From contig CAXWPJ010000010.1 of the NCBI GenBank assembly GCA_963664115.2, forward strand, positions 256,001 to 320,000: DNA of 64,000 nt. The letters are read 5' to 3'. The notes beneath the pieces are model-generated. The model ran no database searches, was not told where the DNA came from, and saw nothing but the letters and a program-made list of their open reading frames with translations. This DNA is from Terriglobia bacterium (GTDB lineage Bacteria > Acidobacteriota > Terriglobia > 20CM-2-55-15). Positions 9,097 to 18,632 of the stretch are shown piece after piece. Every line of letters begins with the position of its first letter. Position 1 is the first letter of the stretch. Both the position numbers and the translations under genes were made by a program.

Positions 9097-11232
9097 TTGC
9101 AGTCCTACAGCGCACTAAAACGATTCTGCCTGGCAGTCTCGCTGATCACCATCGTGGCGATCACGGGAGTGATGCTTGCAGGCCAGAATGCCGCGACCCC
9201 TCAGGCAGGTGGATTTGCAGGCCAGGTCGTCAGCGCCTCTGGCGCGGGGGTCGTGGGCCCCGATGCGGCCGATGCCGGCCATCCCGTTCCCGGCGCAACG
9301 ATCCACCTGGTCCCCGTCACCGCGATCGACACCACGACACAGATGACTGCCAGTGCCATCTATGCCCCACCGTACCCGGCGGAAGCCTACGATGAACCGC
9401 TCGAGGACGCGATTCGCCTGCGCGGTACTGACTTCCCGCAAACCACGACGGACTCCGAGGGCAACTTCCTCATCGCGAATGTACCCGATGGCAGGTTCTT
9501 CATCCATGTCACACCGGGCCCGGACGACAGCGAACACCTGCCCGGCGGGGACCAGAGCAGAGAGAGTTATTCAGCCGGGCAGCTGCGCGGCCGGTCGATG
9601 ACCATCCAGGTTTCGAGCAGTCCCTCGCCCTCTGCCCGGGCCATGGGCAGTTCGACCTGTCTGATGTGCCACGCGGACCAGGAACACTGGCAACAAACCG
9701 CGCACAAGCTCGGATGGACTGTACCGGGCGCTCCAGGGCCGCTGCAGGACTTTTCGAGACACCCGCAGTACTTCGACGCGATCGAGTCGTTTCCCGAAGT
9801 CGAGAACTACGCGGACGGCACTCGCCTCGAGCTCGGAGATTACGACGGAGGCCGGGGTGACGACAAGTTCAAGCTGAGAGTTTCTGGCGATGCTCGGGTG
9901 CCGATCGAGCTCACCTATGCCGATGTCTATCTGTGGAAAAACGCAGCCGACAGCAGGTACTACATCACGCTGGAAAACAGGCTCAACGCCGAGGACCCCA
10001 ACAGCCCGGCGCATCTGGAAGTCAAGCTCCTCTACGGCGGAGCGGTTCACGACCAGCGCTACATTGTCTCGGTTCCACCAGGACTGGGAGATCGGCTGGG
10101 TTGGTATACGGTCTTGCGGTACAACATGACCGGACGTGACAACCGCTTGAACAGAACGCGCCGGGTGTGGCAGGACTACAAGTTCTACCTCTGGTGGTCC
10201 GCCGGCGGAGACGGCCAATACGGATCGGGGGACGATGTGCTCACGGCTCCGCCCGTCAACACGAATACCGTTCAGGCCATGTGCGCCGGCTGTCATCTGA
10301 CGGGCTGGGAACGATATGAAGACCCCGCTTCCGGCCAGTTTCTCGTACGGGCAGTCAATGACCCTGGCGGCGCCATGAACATCGACGATGATCCCGAGCC
10401 CGACGAGATCAACATCGGCTGCGAAAACTGTCACGGTCCCGGATCAGAGCACGTGGCAAACGCCGATGAATCGCGTTTCATCGTCAACCCCAAGTATCTT
10501 TCAGCAGAACGGTCCAGCGTGGTGTGTGGCAGGTGCCACGACCGAAGACAGGGTTATGGCGGACCCACGGTCGGTTACACTCAGGCGCTCAGCGAGGCCG
10601 GCGAGCTCGCAAGGCCCGGCATCAGCCGCCACGAGTTGATTACTGAGTTCACCGACCCGATCAAGAAGGGCCCGACGATGTTAGGACCCGGACGGGCAAA
10701 CAACATCTGGCCCGACGACATCCACTCGAGCAGGCCCCATCAGCAGTATTCGGACTTCCTGAAGTCGACAATGTACCGGAACGATCGACTGCTGGTCACC
10801 TGCTCGGACTGCCATGACCTGCATGGCGACACCCCCTATCCGCGCTGGCTCATTCACGATGCCGACGACGCGGCCTCCCCCTTGTGTCAGAGGTGTCATG
10901 CCATAGACGTGCTGTCGCACATGGAAACGAAACTGAATTCGAAGATGAAGGGTGAGCAGACACGCTGTATCGACTGCCACATGCCGGGAACCGCCAACGG
11001 AGGGGGCACGGCGGGCGATTTTGGCCGGATGATCCGGACGCCTCCCTATGCTGACGCGGCAGACGAGGCAAACAACGCTTACTGGGAAAGCTCTGCAAAC
11101 TCCCACGTGTTCGATGTGCCCTTGAAGACGAACGTCGCAGTCCACGGCGTCGCGCCCGGCAGGGCCATGCCTGTTCCCTACACGGCCGCCTGCGGGACCT
11201 GCCACGAGGTGGACGAGTTGCCGTTCAGGTAA
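9097..11232 (+). CDS. Secreted octaheme cytochrome c with an N-terminal beta-sandwich domain
   Basis: Eight CxxCH motifs (CLMCH, CAGCH, CENCH, CGRCH, CSDCH, CQRCH, CIDCH, CGTCH), signal/TM segment, AGGAGG RBS before a TTG start. Confidence 0.9.
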   Translation: MQSYSALKRFCLAVSLITIVAITGVMLAGQNAATPQAGGFAGQVVSASGAGVVGPDAADAGHPVPGATIHLVPVTAIDTTTQMTASAIYAPPYPAEAYDEPLEDAIRLRGTDFPQTTTDSEGNFLIANVPDGRFFIHVTPGPDDSEHLPGGDQSRESYSAGQLRGRSMTIQVSSSPSPSARAMGSSTCLMCHADQEHWQQTAHKLGWTVPGAPGPLQDFSRHPQYFDAIESFPEVENYADGTRLELGDYDGGRGDDKFKLRVSGDARVPIELTYADVYLWKNAADSRYYITLENRLNAEDPNSPAHLEVKLLYGGAVHDQRYIVSVPPGLGDRLGWYTVLRYNMTGRDNRLNRTRRVWQDYKFYLWWSAGGDGQYGSGDDVLTAPPVNTNTVQAMCAGCHLTGWERYEDPASGQFLVRAVNDPGGAMNIDDDPEPDEINIGCENCHGPGSEHVANADESRFIVNPKYLSAERSSVVCGRCHDRRQGYGGPTVGYTQALSEAGELARPGISRHELITEFTDPIKKGPTMLGPGRANNIWPDDIHSSRPHQQYSDFLKSTMYRNDRLLVTCSDCHDLHGDTPYPRWLIHDADDAASPLCQRCHAIDVLSHMETKLNSKMKGEQTRCIDCHMPGTANGGGTAGDFGRMIRTPPYADAADEANNAYWESSANSHVFDVPLKTNVAVHGVAPGRAMPVPYTAACGTCHEVDELPFR

Positions 11233-11317
11233 AAGGAAGGCGTCTGACTTCCATTCCTCTCAGCAGGGTCCGATTGTTGCTATTTCAGATCGTCGTGCGT
11301 TCCGCACTTGGAGCTAA

Positions 11318-11492
11318 CCCGCATTTCTCACGAGTTGTCTGCTCCAGCGCCGGATCCATCCGCCAGGGCTGCGTTGCGCTTGGTCGGGCTCCTCGACGTA
11401 CTGTCAAGTACGCCTCCGTCGCCCTCCCGGCACGCGCCTTACCCTGACGGCGGCTCCGACGCTTCGCGACGAAAACCCGTGAGAAATGCGGG
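11318..11492. mobile_element. MITE (175 bp, non-autonomous)
   Basis: Terminal IR CCCGCATTTCTCACG (15/15, extends to 20/22), flanked by CTAA on both sides. Confidence 0.8.
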
Positions 11493-11563
11493 CTAAAGTC
11501 GGGCTTAGGGAAGAAGTTTCCCCGGAGACGGCCCCTCACACGGTTCTCATTGCGTTGGATTTG

Positions 11564-12517
11564 TCAGTTGCGTTCGGGGACGGGCTCCAGGTCAAGTTCC
11601 GCTCTGGCCGTAAAGTCCGCCGTCACCTCGACGGGTAGGCCGAAGGTGAGATATTCGGTCTGCGAGACGAAGAGCTTGTACGCACCTTGCGCCACCCGCA
11701 CCTGGGCTACACCTCGCTCGTCGGTAACGGCTTTGTATGGGTGCATGACCACACGAGCTCCCCTGAGGGGCGTTTGACTGACTTTGTCGACGGCGTGGAC
11801 TGTTACGAGGTACTCGGGATGGCTGACGACTCTGACTCCAAAACTGACGGAACCTTCAGCGTGCGGGATCCCGACATCCGATCCCGGAACCCTGGAATCC
11901 CATTCCGGGGCCTTGACGCTCCACGTATAGAGGCCCTCCACGGTCGGGGCTCCAAGTTCGACCTCCGCGAAATACAGGCCGCTCGTGCCGGGCCAGCGGT
12001 CGCCAGGCAGCGTCCCGGTGGCTGCTTGTGCCCCCACGTGGTCGTAGATTCCAAAGTCCCTCTGCGTCAGGTCGCAGTCAATGGAGCACTTGATCCCAAC
12101 CTTGATCCTGAACCTTTCGCCGACCACAATAGCCGACGGTATTTCCCACGCAACCACATTCATCGTGTGAGGCTCGACCGTGAACGATAGCTGTGCGGAC
12201 GCTTCCATGTATGAAATACCTTCCTTCACAACCCCCGGACATACTGCCAACCACGTATATGCCCCTGCTTTTACGGGCGCTATCATGTCGAACTCAACGG
12301 TTTCGCTTGTCTCGCCATCGAATTCGCTGAACTCAACGCTGCCACGGTCGGCGCCGGCCTGGTCTTTGATCAGGAGTGGGTGCCCCCGCAGGTCGCATGC
12401 CGGAGCGCACGACACCTTGCCCCGCAGCGTTATCGCGGCCCCGGCAGCAACAACGTCGGGAAAGACGTAAACCGCGCACGAGGTTCGACCGCGCTTCTCA
12501 TCGCCTTCGGAAGCCAT
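11564..12517 (-). CDS. Hypothetical protein: two CxxxCDL repeats plus a carboxypeptidase-regulatory-like C-terminal domain
   Basis: Internal repeat KVSCAPACDL...AP...G.YTW / GIKCSIDCDL...AP...GLYTW; C-terminal PLRGARV..TDERGVA..G.Y.L.V. Start uncertain. Confidence 0.7.
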   Translation of the reverse strand: MASEGDEKRGRTSCAVYVFPDVVAAGAAITLRGKVSCAPACDLRGHPLLIKDQAGADRGSVEFSEFDGETSETVEFDMIAPVKAGAYTWLAVCPGVVKEGISYMEASAQLSFTVEPHTMNVVAWEIPSAIVVGERFRIKVGIKCSIDCDLTQRDFGIYDHVGAQAATGTLPGDRWPGTSGLYFAEVELGAPTVEGLYTWSVKAPEWDSRVPGSDVGIPHAEGSVSFGVRVVSHPEYLVTVHAVDKVSQTPLRGARVVMHPYKAVTDERGVAQVRVAQGAYKLFVSQTEYLTFGLPVEVTADFTARAELDLEPVPERN

Positions 12518-12606
12518 GTTACCCGTACCGGCCTTGTACCGGCAGAGACTCCGGTGGGGTTCCACCCCCACCGGAGCCTCGCATACTAAGTGCTAGTTGA
12601 GCCGTG

Positions 12607-14685
12607 TCAGGCTTCCTGGGCGGCATTCGTGCCTGCCATGTAACCATGGACGAGGGCTCGCCCCAGACCATGTTGGTTGCCGCCACCACTGGACTCTCCG
12701 CCAGCATAAAGTCCGGCTATGGGTTCGCCCTGCATGTCGATGACCTGGGCCCGCCCGTTGATCCTGAGGCCACCGTAGGAATCGTGCCAGACCGGATAGA
12801 GTGTAGCCGCATAGAACTGCGGCGTAGCTATCCTGTACATGGGTGCATCGGGCCCACGCGCGAACTCCGGATCCTCACCCCTGTCCACGTACGAGTTCCA
12901 CTTGGCCACAGTTTCTGCCAAATAAGTCAGCGGAACCCTCTGGAACTCATGGCCCTCGTAGATTTTAGCGGCCAAGCCCTCGATCGTGTCGGCACTGAAG
13001 AAGAATCCATTATCCGGCGAAGTGAAGGGCGGATCGATGTTCCATCCGTCACGCTCTACGGCGGCCCGGTCGAAAATCGCCCATATCGGTCCAGAGAAGT
13101 AGTCTGGAGCTTTCGAACCCTCGTTCATTGCCAGGGCGGCATGAATGCTGTTGGGCTCCCGGTAGGTCTCCCTGATGTTCTCTGCGCTGGCATTGCGCCA
13201 ATCCATCTGCACGTGGTCGAGGCCCGACCTGGGCTGGCCCTTGCTGGGCCCGGCCGGAAAGGCGGCGCCCCCCGCCCTTTCCGTGACAAGAAGCTCATTG
13301 AAGAATCTCTTCCCCACCTGGTTCACAACGATCAGGTGTTGGAAAGATTCGCCGCCGAGTTTGATGCCCGTGGATCCCCGTAACGAGAAAGTCGGGTGGC
13401 CCGGAAGCATGTCGGTGTAGGGATCCCGCGTGGCAAGGTTTCCCGGGATATGAAACGTACTGCCGTAAGAGAGGTTCTGTTGCATCCCCGCGAGGTTCGC
13501 TCCAACCCTCATTCCGGCGACGATACCGCTGGCGTCCTGACCGCGGGCTCCCAGAAGGGCCCAGCCGCTCGACACGAAAGCGGGCTCTCTCCACCCCGGA
13601 TAGAACATGCTGCGGAACTCGGGATTGCCCACATGCCCTCCGGCACCAATGATGATGGCCTTGCGAGCCCTGATGAACAGCGTCTCGGTGCGGTCGTCGA
13701 TGTTGCCGTTCTGCCAGTAGCTCTCCAAACGCGCACCGGTCTCAGGGTCGAACCTCGGCGAATAGCTGGCACGGATGCCCACAACCCTGCCCGAGAACTG
13801 CTGCTCCCGAATAATCTCGTCCATATGGCGGTTGAGTATGAACTGGACGCCTTTTTCCCGAGCGCTGAACTCCAAGGGCCTGGAGAGTGCGGCGCCATTT
13901 GTGCGAGCACCCGGGCTTGCGATGTCGGTTCCGTCGCCCATCAGCCTTGGTGCGAAGTGACTCGAGCTCACCCCCGCGATTCCGGCATCCCGTGTTGAGA
14001 CCGTTCCCGCTTTGATATCCGTCGTGGCACCTTCCATGAGGAAGGTCACAGCTCGCCTGGCACGCGACATGCCCCCATTGCCGTGTGTGCCGGAGATGCG
14101 GCCCATACGGACGTAATTGGCCATCAGGAATTCCCTGGTGGCGTAGCAGTTGTCGGCATAAGCCCGATGGAGCTCGCGTTCGTTGTAACGGTAAGGGGCC
14201 TGGGCCGCAGCGTCCATCACTGACCAGTCGGTATGGTCCCTGAACAGGAAGTCCGTGTCCTCGGTCAGTTCCTCCACAGTCTGCTGAGGTGGAGCCGTGA
14301 CGAACCCCTCCGGGTCTCCTTCGCCTGCGATGTCCCTCAACTGGAGGGGATCCCCACCGCCAAGAGACACCAGCCCGCCGCTGTGCAGCATCTTGCCGCC
14401 GCAATCGAAGTTCTGGTCGACGATGATCACGGACACACCAAGGTCCCGCGCCCGGATGGCGGCGGGCAGCCCCGTGCACCCTGCTCCGAGGATCACGACA
14501 TCCGCCTCGTAGTCCCATTGAATGGCGGCAGCGGGGGAATCTTGCGCTAAAGCTGTTCCCGACGTCGACAGAACGGCCGCACTGACGCCGGCGGCAGCTC
14601 CCTTCTTGACGAAATCTCTCCGGCTAAGGGGCTTCTGGCCCTGAAGCTTTCGGTCTTTCTGATCGGTTTCTCGTTTCTTGGCCAT
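12607..14685 (-). CDS. Tat-exported FAD-binding oxidoreductase (FAD_binding_2; fumarate reductase/KstD-like)
   Basis: SRRDFVK Tat motif, DVVILGAG.TG, GGLRING.AQV.D..G.PIAGLYAGGE. Confidence 0.9.
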   Translation of the reverse strand: MAKKRETDQKDRKLQGQKPLSRRDFVKKGAAAGVSAAVLSTSGTALAQDSPAAAIQWDYEADVVILGAGCTGLPAAIRARDLGVSVIIVDQNFDCGGKMLHSGGLVSLGGGDPLQLRDIAGEGDPEGFVTAPPQQTVEELTEDTDFLFRDHTDWSVMDAAAQAPYRYNERELHRAYADNCYATREFLMANYVRMGRISGTHGNGGMSRARRAVTFLMEGATTDIKAGTVSTRDAGIAGVSSSHFAPRLMGDGTDIASPGARTNGAALSRPLEFSAREKGVQFILNRHMDEIIREQQFSGRVVGIRASYSPRFDPETGARLESYWQNGNIDDRTETLFIRARKAIIIGAGGHVGNPEFRSMFYPGWREPAFVSSGWALLGARGQDASGIVAGMRVGANLAGMQQNLSYGSTFHIPGNLATRDPYTDMLPGHPTFSLRGSTGIKLGGESFQHLIVVNQVGKRFFNELLVTERAGGAAFPAGPSKGQPRSGLDHVQMDWRNASAENIRETYREPNSIHAALAMNEGSKAPDYFSGPIWAIFDRAAVERDGWNIDPPFTSPDNGFFFSADTIEGLAAKIYEGHEFQRVPLTYLAETVAKWNSYVDRGEDPEFARGPDAPMYRIATPQFYAATLYPVWHDSYGGLRINGRAQVIDMQGEPIAGLYAGGESSGGGNQHGLGRALVHGYMAGTNAAQEA

Positions 14686-14907
14686 GGGTCTACCTCCCTT
14701 GGAGCGCCTGGTCTGTCAGATTAGAGTTTAAATAGCTCCCGGCAGTCTACAAGACGGATGGGCTGGGTGTACACGAATTCAACTGCCAACACGCTGATTT
14801 CTCAGAACTTGACGCGGGCGAACCTGCCCAGGGCTGACCGTGACCACCTCGATCCCAGGGCGGATTAGCCGCGATCCGCTCCTGACAGAGCTATTCTTTC
14901 AGAACAC

Positions 14908-15774
14908 TTACGGCGCCGTATCGGCTGCCGATTCTGTGGGTGCCGGCCTCTTGCCCCACCCTAGCAGGCGATCCAGCGCCCAGGGGCCTCCGCCCACCGC
15001 CGCAAGGTAGAGGAAGGCAAAACTGAAGAAAGCTGCGTCCTCGCCCTGGTTCACGATGGGCCAGAACGCCCGGGGCTGGTGGCTGATGAAGTAGGCGACG
15101 GCCATTTGGCCGGAAAAGATGAAGGCCAGCGGTTTCGACAGAAGGCCGAGGAAGAGTACGGGGCCTGCGATCACCTCCATCACGTGCGCGACGCCATTGA
15201 GCCCTTGGAGCGCTTCCCCGGGTCCCGGAAACACTTCGTCCGCCGGCCACGGCCATCCGAGCAAATCCTCTGTTCCATGAGTGAAGAACAGAAATGTCAC
15301 GACGATCCGGTAAACGCTGAGAAGCTGTGGCTCCCAGGTGGCCAGATAGTCGGTCGGCGGCTTCGTGAGTCCCCGGAACTTCGCGTCGAGGCTCCAGGTA
15401 CCGCTGCCCGCCGCGGCTAGATAGAGGAAAAAGAAGCAGTAAAAGAAAGCCAGGTCGCCGCCGTTGAGCCTCGGATACAGACCCTCCGGCGCAAAGACCG
15501 TCATATAGACGATGGCCTGTTCGATGGCCAGGACCAGGGAGATAGACCGGGTGAAGATCCCGAGGAGAACGGCCAACCCGCCGAACGCTTCCAGCATCCC
15601 ACCCAGCGCTGTCCACGTATACAGGTCGAGTCCATCGAAGCCTCCCCTAGGCGGAGGGTAGCCGAAGACTGTCTGCGTCCCGTGCGCCACGAAAAGAAAG
15701 GCGACGGCGATCCTCATGATACTCAGGATCTGCGGGCTCCATTGGCCGAGTAGCTGATTGAACTTGTTGATCAT
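14908..15774 (-). CDS. DoxX family membrane protein with two tandem DoxX domains
   Basis: Two repeats of LS..RI...FLF..HGT...G...N.G..A.F..F.FLYLAA.G.G.W.LD. Confidence 0.85.
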   Translation of the reverse strand: MINKFNQLLGQWSPQILSIMRIAVAFLFVAHGTQTVFGYPPPRGGFDGLDLYTWTALGGMLEAFGGLAVLLGIFTRSISLVLAIEQAIVYMTVFAPEGLYPRLNGGDLAFFYCFFFLYLAAAGSGTWSLDAKFRGLTKPPTDYLATWEPQLLSVYRIVVTFLFFTHGTEDLLGWPWPADEVFPGPGEALQGLNGVAHVMEVIAGPVLFLGLLSKPLAFIFSGQMAVAYFISHQPRAFWPIVNQGEDAAFFSFAFLYLAAVGGGPWALDRLLGWGKRPAPTESAADTAP

Positions 15775-16102
15775 AAAGAGTTTACTCTCTCGTGAGTTGG
15801 GCGACGGCCGATGTCATGGCGCCAGCCTGAACACAATACCGCGGATTGTGGAGACGTTCTCCATCCCTGAGGTCTTTCCCTAGTGAAGGGATTCTATCGA
15901 TCTTCGGGCGGCAGGTCGAGTCGAATCGGTGCGCTGGGAAATGCCGTATCTTGCAATTCTTCGACCTAAATCGGATCCCCTACCTGTACTTCCATGACAC
16001 CCATTATGGGACCCGAATCGATTCGGAATTCCGCAACCCTTAGCCAGGAATTTGGGCCTATTGCCCGGCCTGGAATTTACTTTTGGAAATTTTCAACGTC
16101 CG

Positions 16103-16700
16103 TATCTGGACTCCTCTGTCAAGTGGGCGCAACTTTCCTGTCTGCTTCCCCACATATTTTTATCAGCTTGACTGATCGGACACCCGGTGTGCGTGGCTGA
16201 TCGACTGCATCCGTATCTCCGGCCTCTTGAGTGGAACGGTATCGTTCCGGGCCATGATGAAAATTCGCGCGCGGGGAGCCATCCAAGAAAGACGGCCTCT
16301 ATGGGCCACGGACTATGACGGCATGTCCCCGCGCCGGTCCGACCGGTGCGCCATCACACGGAAGTCATTGCAGCCGGGCTGATGTGATGTTCCGCTAGCA
16401 GGCCGCTCTGTAGCCGGCCTGATAATCCGAATCGCGTTTCCAGACGGCCCATACGCGTCGGGCCAACTTGTTCGCCAGAGCTACGGTCGCCTTGTTGTAC
16501 CCGCGCTGTTCGTGGATATGCAGTCCCCATCGCTGGAGCGGCGACGGGGTGATGCTCTTGCGGTGCGCCGGCCACAACAGGGAACGTGCGCCGTGGATGA
16601 GCATTGTCCGGAGATACACATCGCCGCGCTTGCTGATCCTTCCCAGTCGTCGGACATTGCCGCTGGAATGTTCCCGCGGTGTCAGTCCGAGATAGCCGGG
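16103..16700 (-). mobile_element. IS110-family (IS1111-type) remnant: transposase C-terminus plus right non-coding end
   Basis: Transposase fragment, then ~290 nt non-coding, ending in TTGACAGAGGAGTCCAGATA, which resembles the ATGGACTCCTCC-type subterminal IR. Confidence 0.75.
16395..16700 (-). pseudogene. IS110 transposase C-terminal fragment (Transposase_20 domain)
   Basis: GYLGLTPREHSSGNVRRLGRISKRGDVYLRTMLIHGARS...KATVALANKLARRVWAVW; the RuvC-like N-terminus is absent. Confidence 0.9.
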
Positions 16701-16992
16701 AATAATAGTTGACGCTGGACACCATTCAAAACTCCCGTCTCAACTCCCCATCGACCCGCGGTTTCGCTCCTCGGCAAGATCTGAAAACCTACTTTATCCA
16801 TAGCTCCACCATCGCGGCTTCACACCGGCCGCTCCCTTCAAATTCTGTTATCGAAATTGTCGCGGTAGAAATTGATCGGCAGGTCCTGCGACATTCGGCG
16901 CCGCTTCAATCCCGATCAACGCTAGGGATTTGTCGTTACCTTGAACTCGGATACTAGCAGCTCGTGGCAGAAGTCTTGAGGGCCACGGGCTG

Positions 16993-17367
16993 CTAGGGCG
17001 TCTTCTCTTCTTTCAGGTAGCCCAGTGTTGAGAAGAGTACGGCCAGGACCCAGAACGCCGGGCCCAATATCGCAGGAGACATGATGGACAGATAGGGCAG
17101 CAGCACAAAGAGGATGAACCCGATATCTACGACGCTCAGGTTGATGACGTTGATCCAGTAACCCGCGCGACTGTTCTTCCAGTTGCGAAATACCCCGATG
17201 ATGATCGCGACAACGCCAAAGAAGAGCAGATGCCAGGAATTCTGAATGAGTCGACCGTGAGCCATACCGGTCTCGAAACTGGAACCGAACTGGTACTGCA
17301 TGTAAGCCGCGTTGACGTGCAACAACCCCCAGATCACATAACACACCGCTCCGATTCGATGCCACAT
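16993..17367 (-). CDS. Hypothetical 4-TM membrane protein
   Basis: MWHRIGAVCYVIWGLLH..., four hydrophobic segments, AGGGGA RBS before ATG 17367. Confidence 0.7.
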   Translation of the reverse strand: MWHRIGAVCYVIWGLLHVNAAYMQYQFGSSFETGMAHGRLIQNSWHLLFFGVVAIIIGVFRNWKNSRAGYWINVINLSVVDIGFILFVLLPYLSIMSPAILGPAFWVLAVLFSTLGYLKEEKTP

Positions 17368-17702
17368 TGCGATTCCCCTTTTCTTCGTTGATCTTTTCCC
17401 TCCGGTTCCAGGTCCTGGTGTGCCCGCATCTGCAGAGGCGGTCTTCCCAGGACTCGGAACGGCCAGGCTGGGTGCCACCTTCCATCATATTGGGGGATCG
17501 CGAACTGAACCGAGAAAACTCAGTAAATGATATTCAATGGGGGATGTACCAGCAATCAAATCTCAGCGGAAACAGGTCAAACTTAGAACTCTGGCTTCAC
17601 CGGGGATCGAAAAGCTAAGGACTGGAGTGATATAACGTACAAACCGTTTTGTAGCGAAACGGCGCTTTTGTCCAAATTTTTATAACGACGTACAGGACAG
17701 CC

Positions 17703-18632
17703 TTGATTCTCACTAATTCATTTGTCCAAAATGCCGACGGACTGGTAGAGAACATCTCGAAAGCGGTCGTCGCCGGACCCGAAGTGGTCCGCCTCAGCGT
17801 GACGAGTCTGCTTGCGGGAGGACATCTTCTGCTGAACGATCTTCCGGGATCCGGAAAGACGCTGCTGGCCCGTTCCATAGCACGATCTCTGGGATCAAGC
17901 TTCAAGCGCATCCAGTTCAACCCGGATCTCCTGCCCACTGACATTACGGGATCGTCTTTATTTAATCGTGAGGAGAATCGATTTGAGTTCGTGGAGGGAC
18001 CAATTTTTGCCAACGTAGTCCTGGCTGACGAAATCAACCGGGCCAGTACACGAACTCAATCCGCGCTCTTAGAGTCGATGGCTGAGGGACAGGTGACGGC
18101 CGACGGCAGGACTTATCCTTTGCCGAACCCGTTCTGGCTGGTCGCCACTCAAAACGACGTTGACGCCTACGGCACTTTTCCCCTACCCCACGCCCAACTC
18201 GACCGCTTCATGATGTCGCTGAAAATAGGTAACCCGAACGAAGATGAACAGGCGGAAATCCTTGAGCGCAACCAGCGTGGCGACCCAATTGTAGAACCCG
18301 TTCTCGATGAGCAAACCATAGCCGCAATGCAGGCTGAGGTTCGCGAAGTAGAAATAGCACAAGCCGTCAGACAGTACCTTGCCAGAATCCTTGTCGCCAC
18401 GCGAAGCCACCCAGGTGTTACGCTGGGCGCAAGCTCACGCGGGGGAGTACATCTGCAGCGATCGGCACAAGCGATCGCCGCGATGCAAGGTGACGGTTTT
18501 CTCGCGCCGGAACACATCAAGGCTGTCGCTGTTCCCGTATTGGCCCACCGTTTCATTGGAACACCGGGAGGGGCCACTTCTTTCGAAGAGGTGATCCGTG
18601 AGGTTCTTGACGGCATACCTGTCCCGATCTAG
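17703..18632 (+). CDS. MoxR-family AAA+ ATPase
   Basis: GHLLL.D.PG.GKT, RIQFNPDLLPTD, LADEINRA, QSALLE.M, ATQN, AQLDRF. Confidence 0.95.
   Translation: MILTNSFVQNADGLVENISKAVVAGPEVVRLSVTSLLAGGHLLLNDLPGSGKTLLARSIARSLGSSFKRIQFNPDLLPTDITGSSLFNREENRFEFVEGPIFANVVLADEINRASTRTQSALLESMAEGQVTADGRTYPLPNPFWLVATQNDVDAYGTFPLPHAQLDRFMMSLKIGNPNEDEQAEILERNQRGDPIVEPVLDEQTIAAMQAEVREVEIAQAVRQYLARILVATRSHPGVTLGASSRGGVHLQRSAQAIAAMQGDGFLAPEHIKAVAVPVLAHRFIGTPGGATSFEEVIREVLDGIPVPI

Noticed and set aside
16701-16760. Left end of the IS110 remnant (would make it an internally deleted mini-element)
   Set aside because: No convincing inverted copy of the TGGACTCCTC motif was found here.
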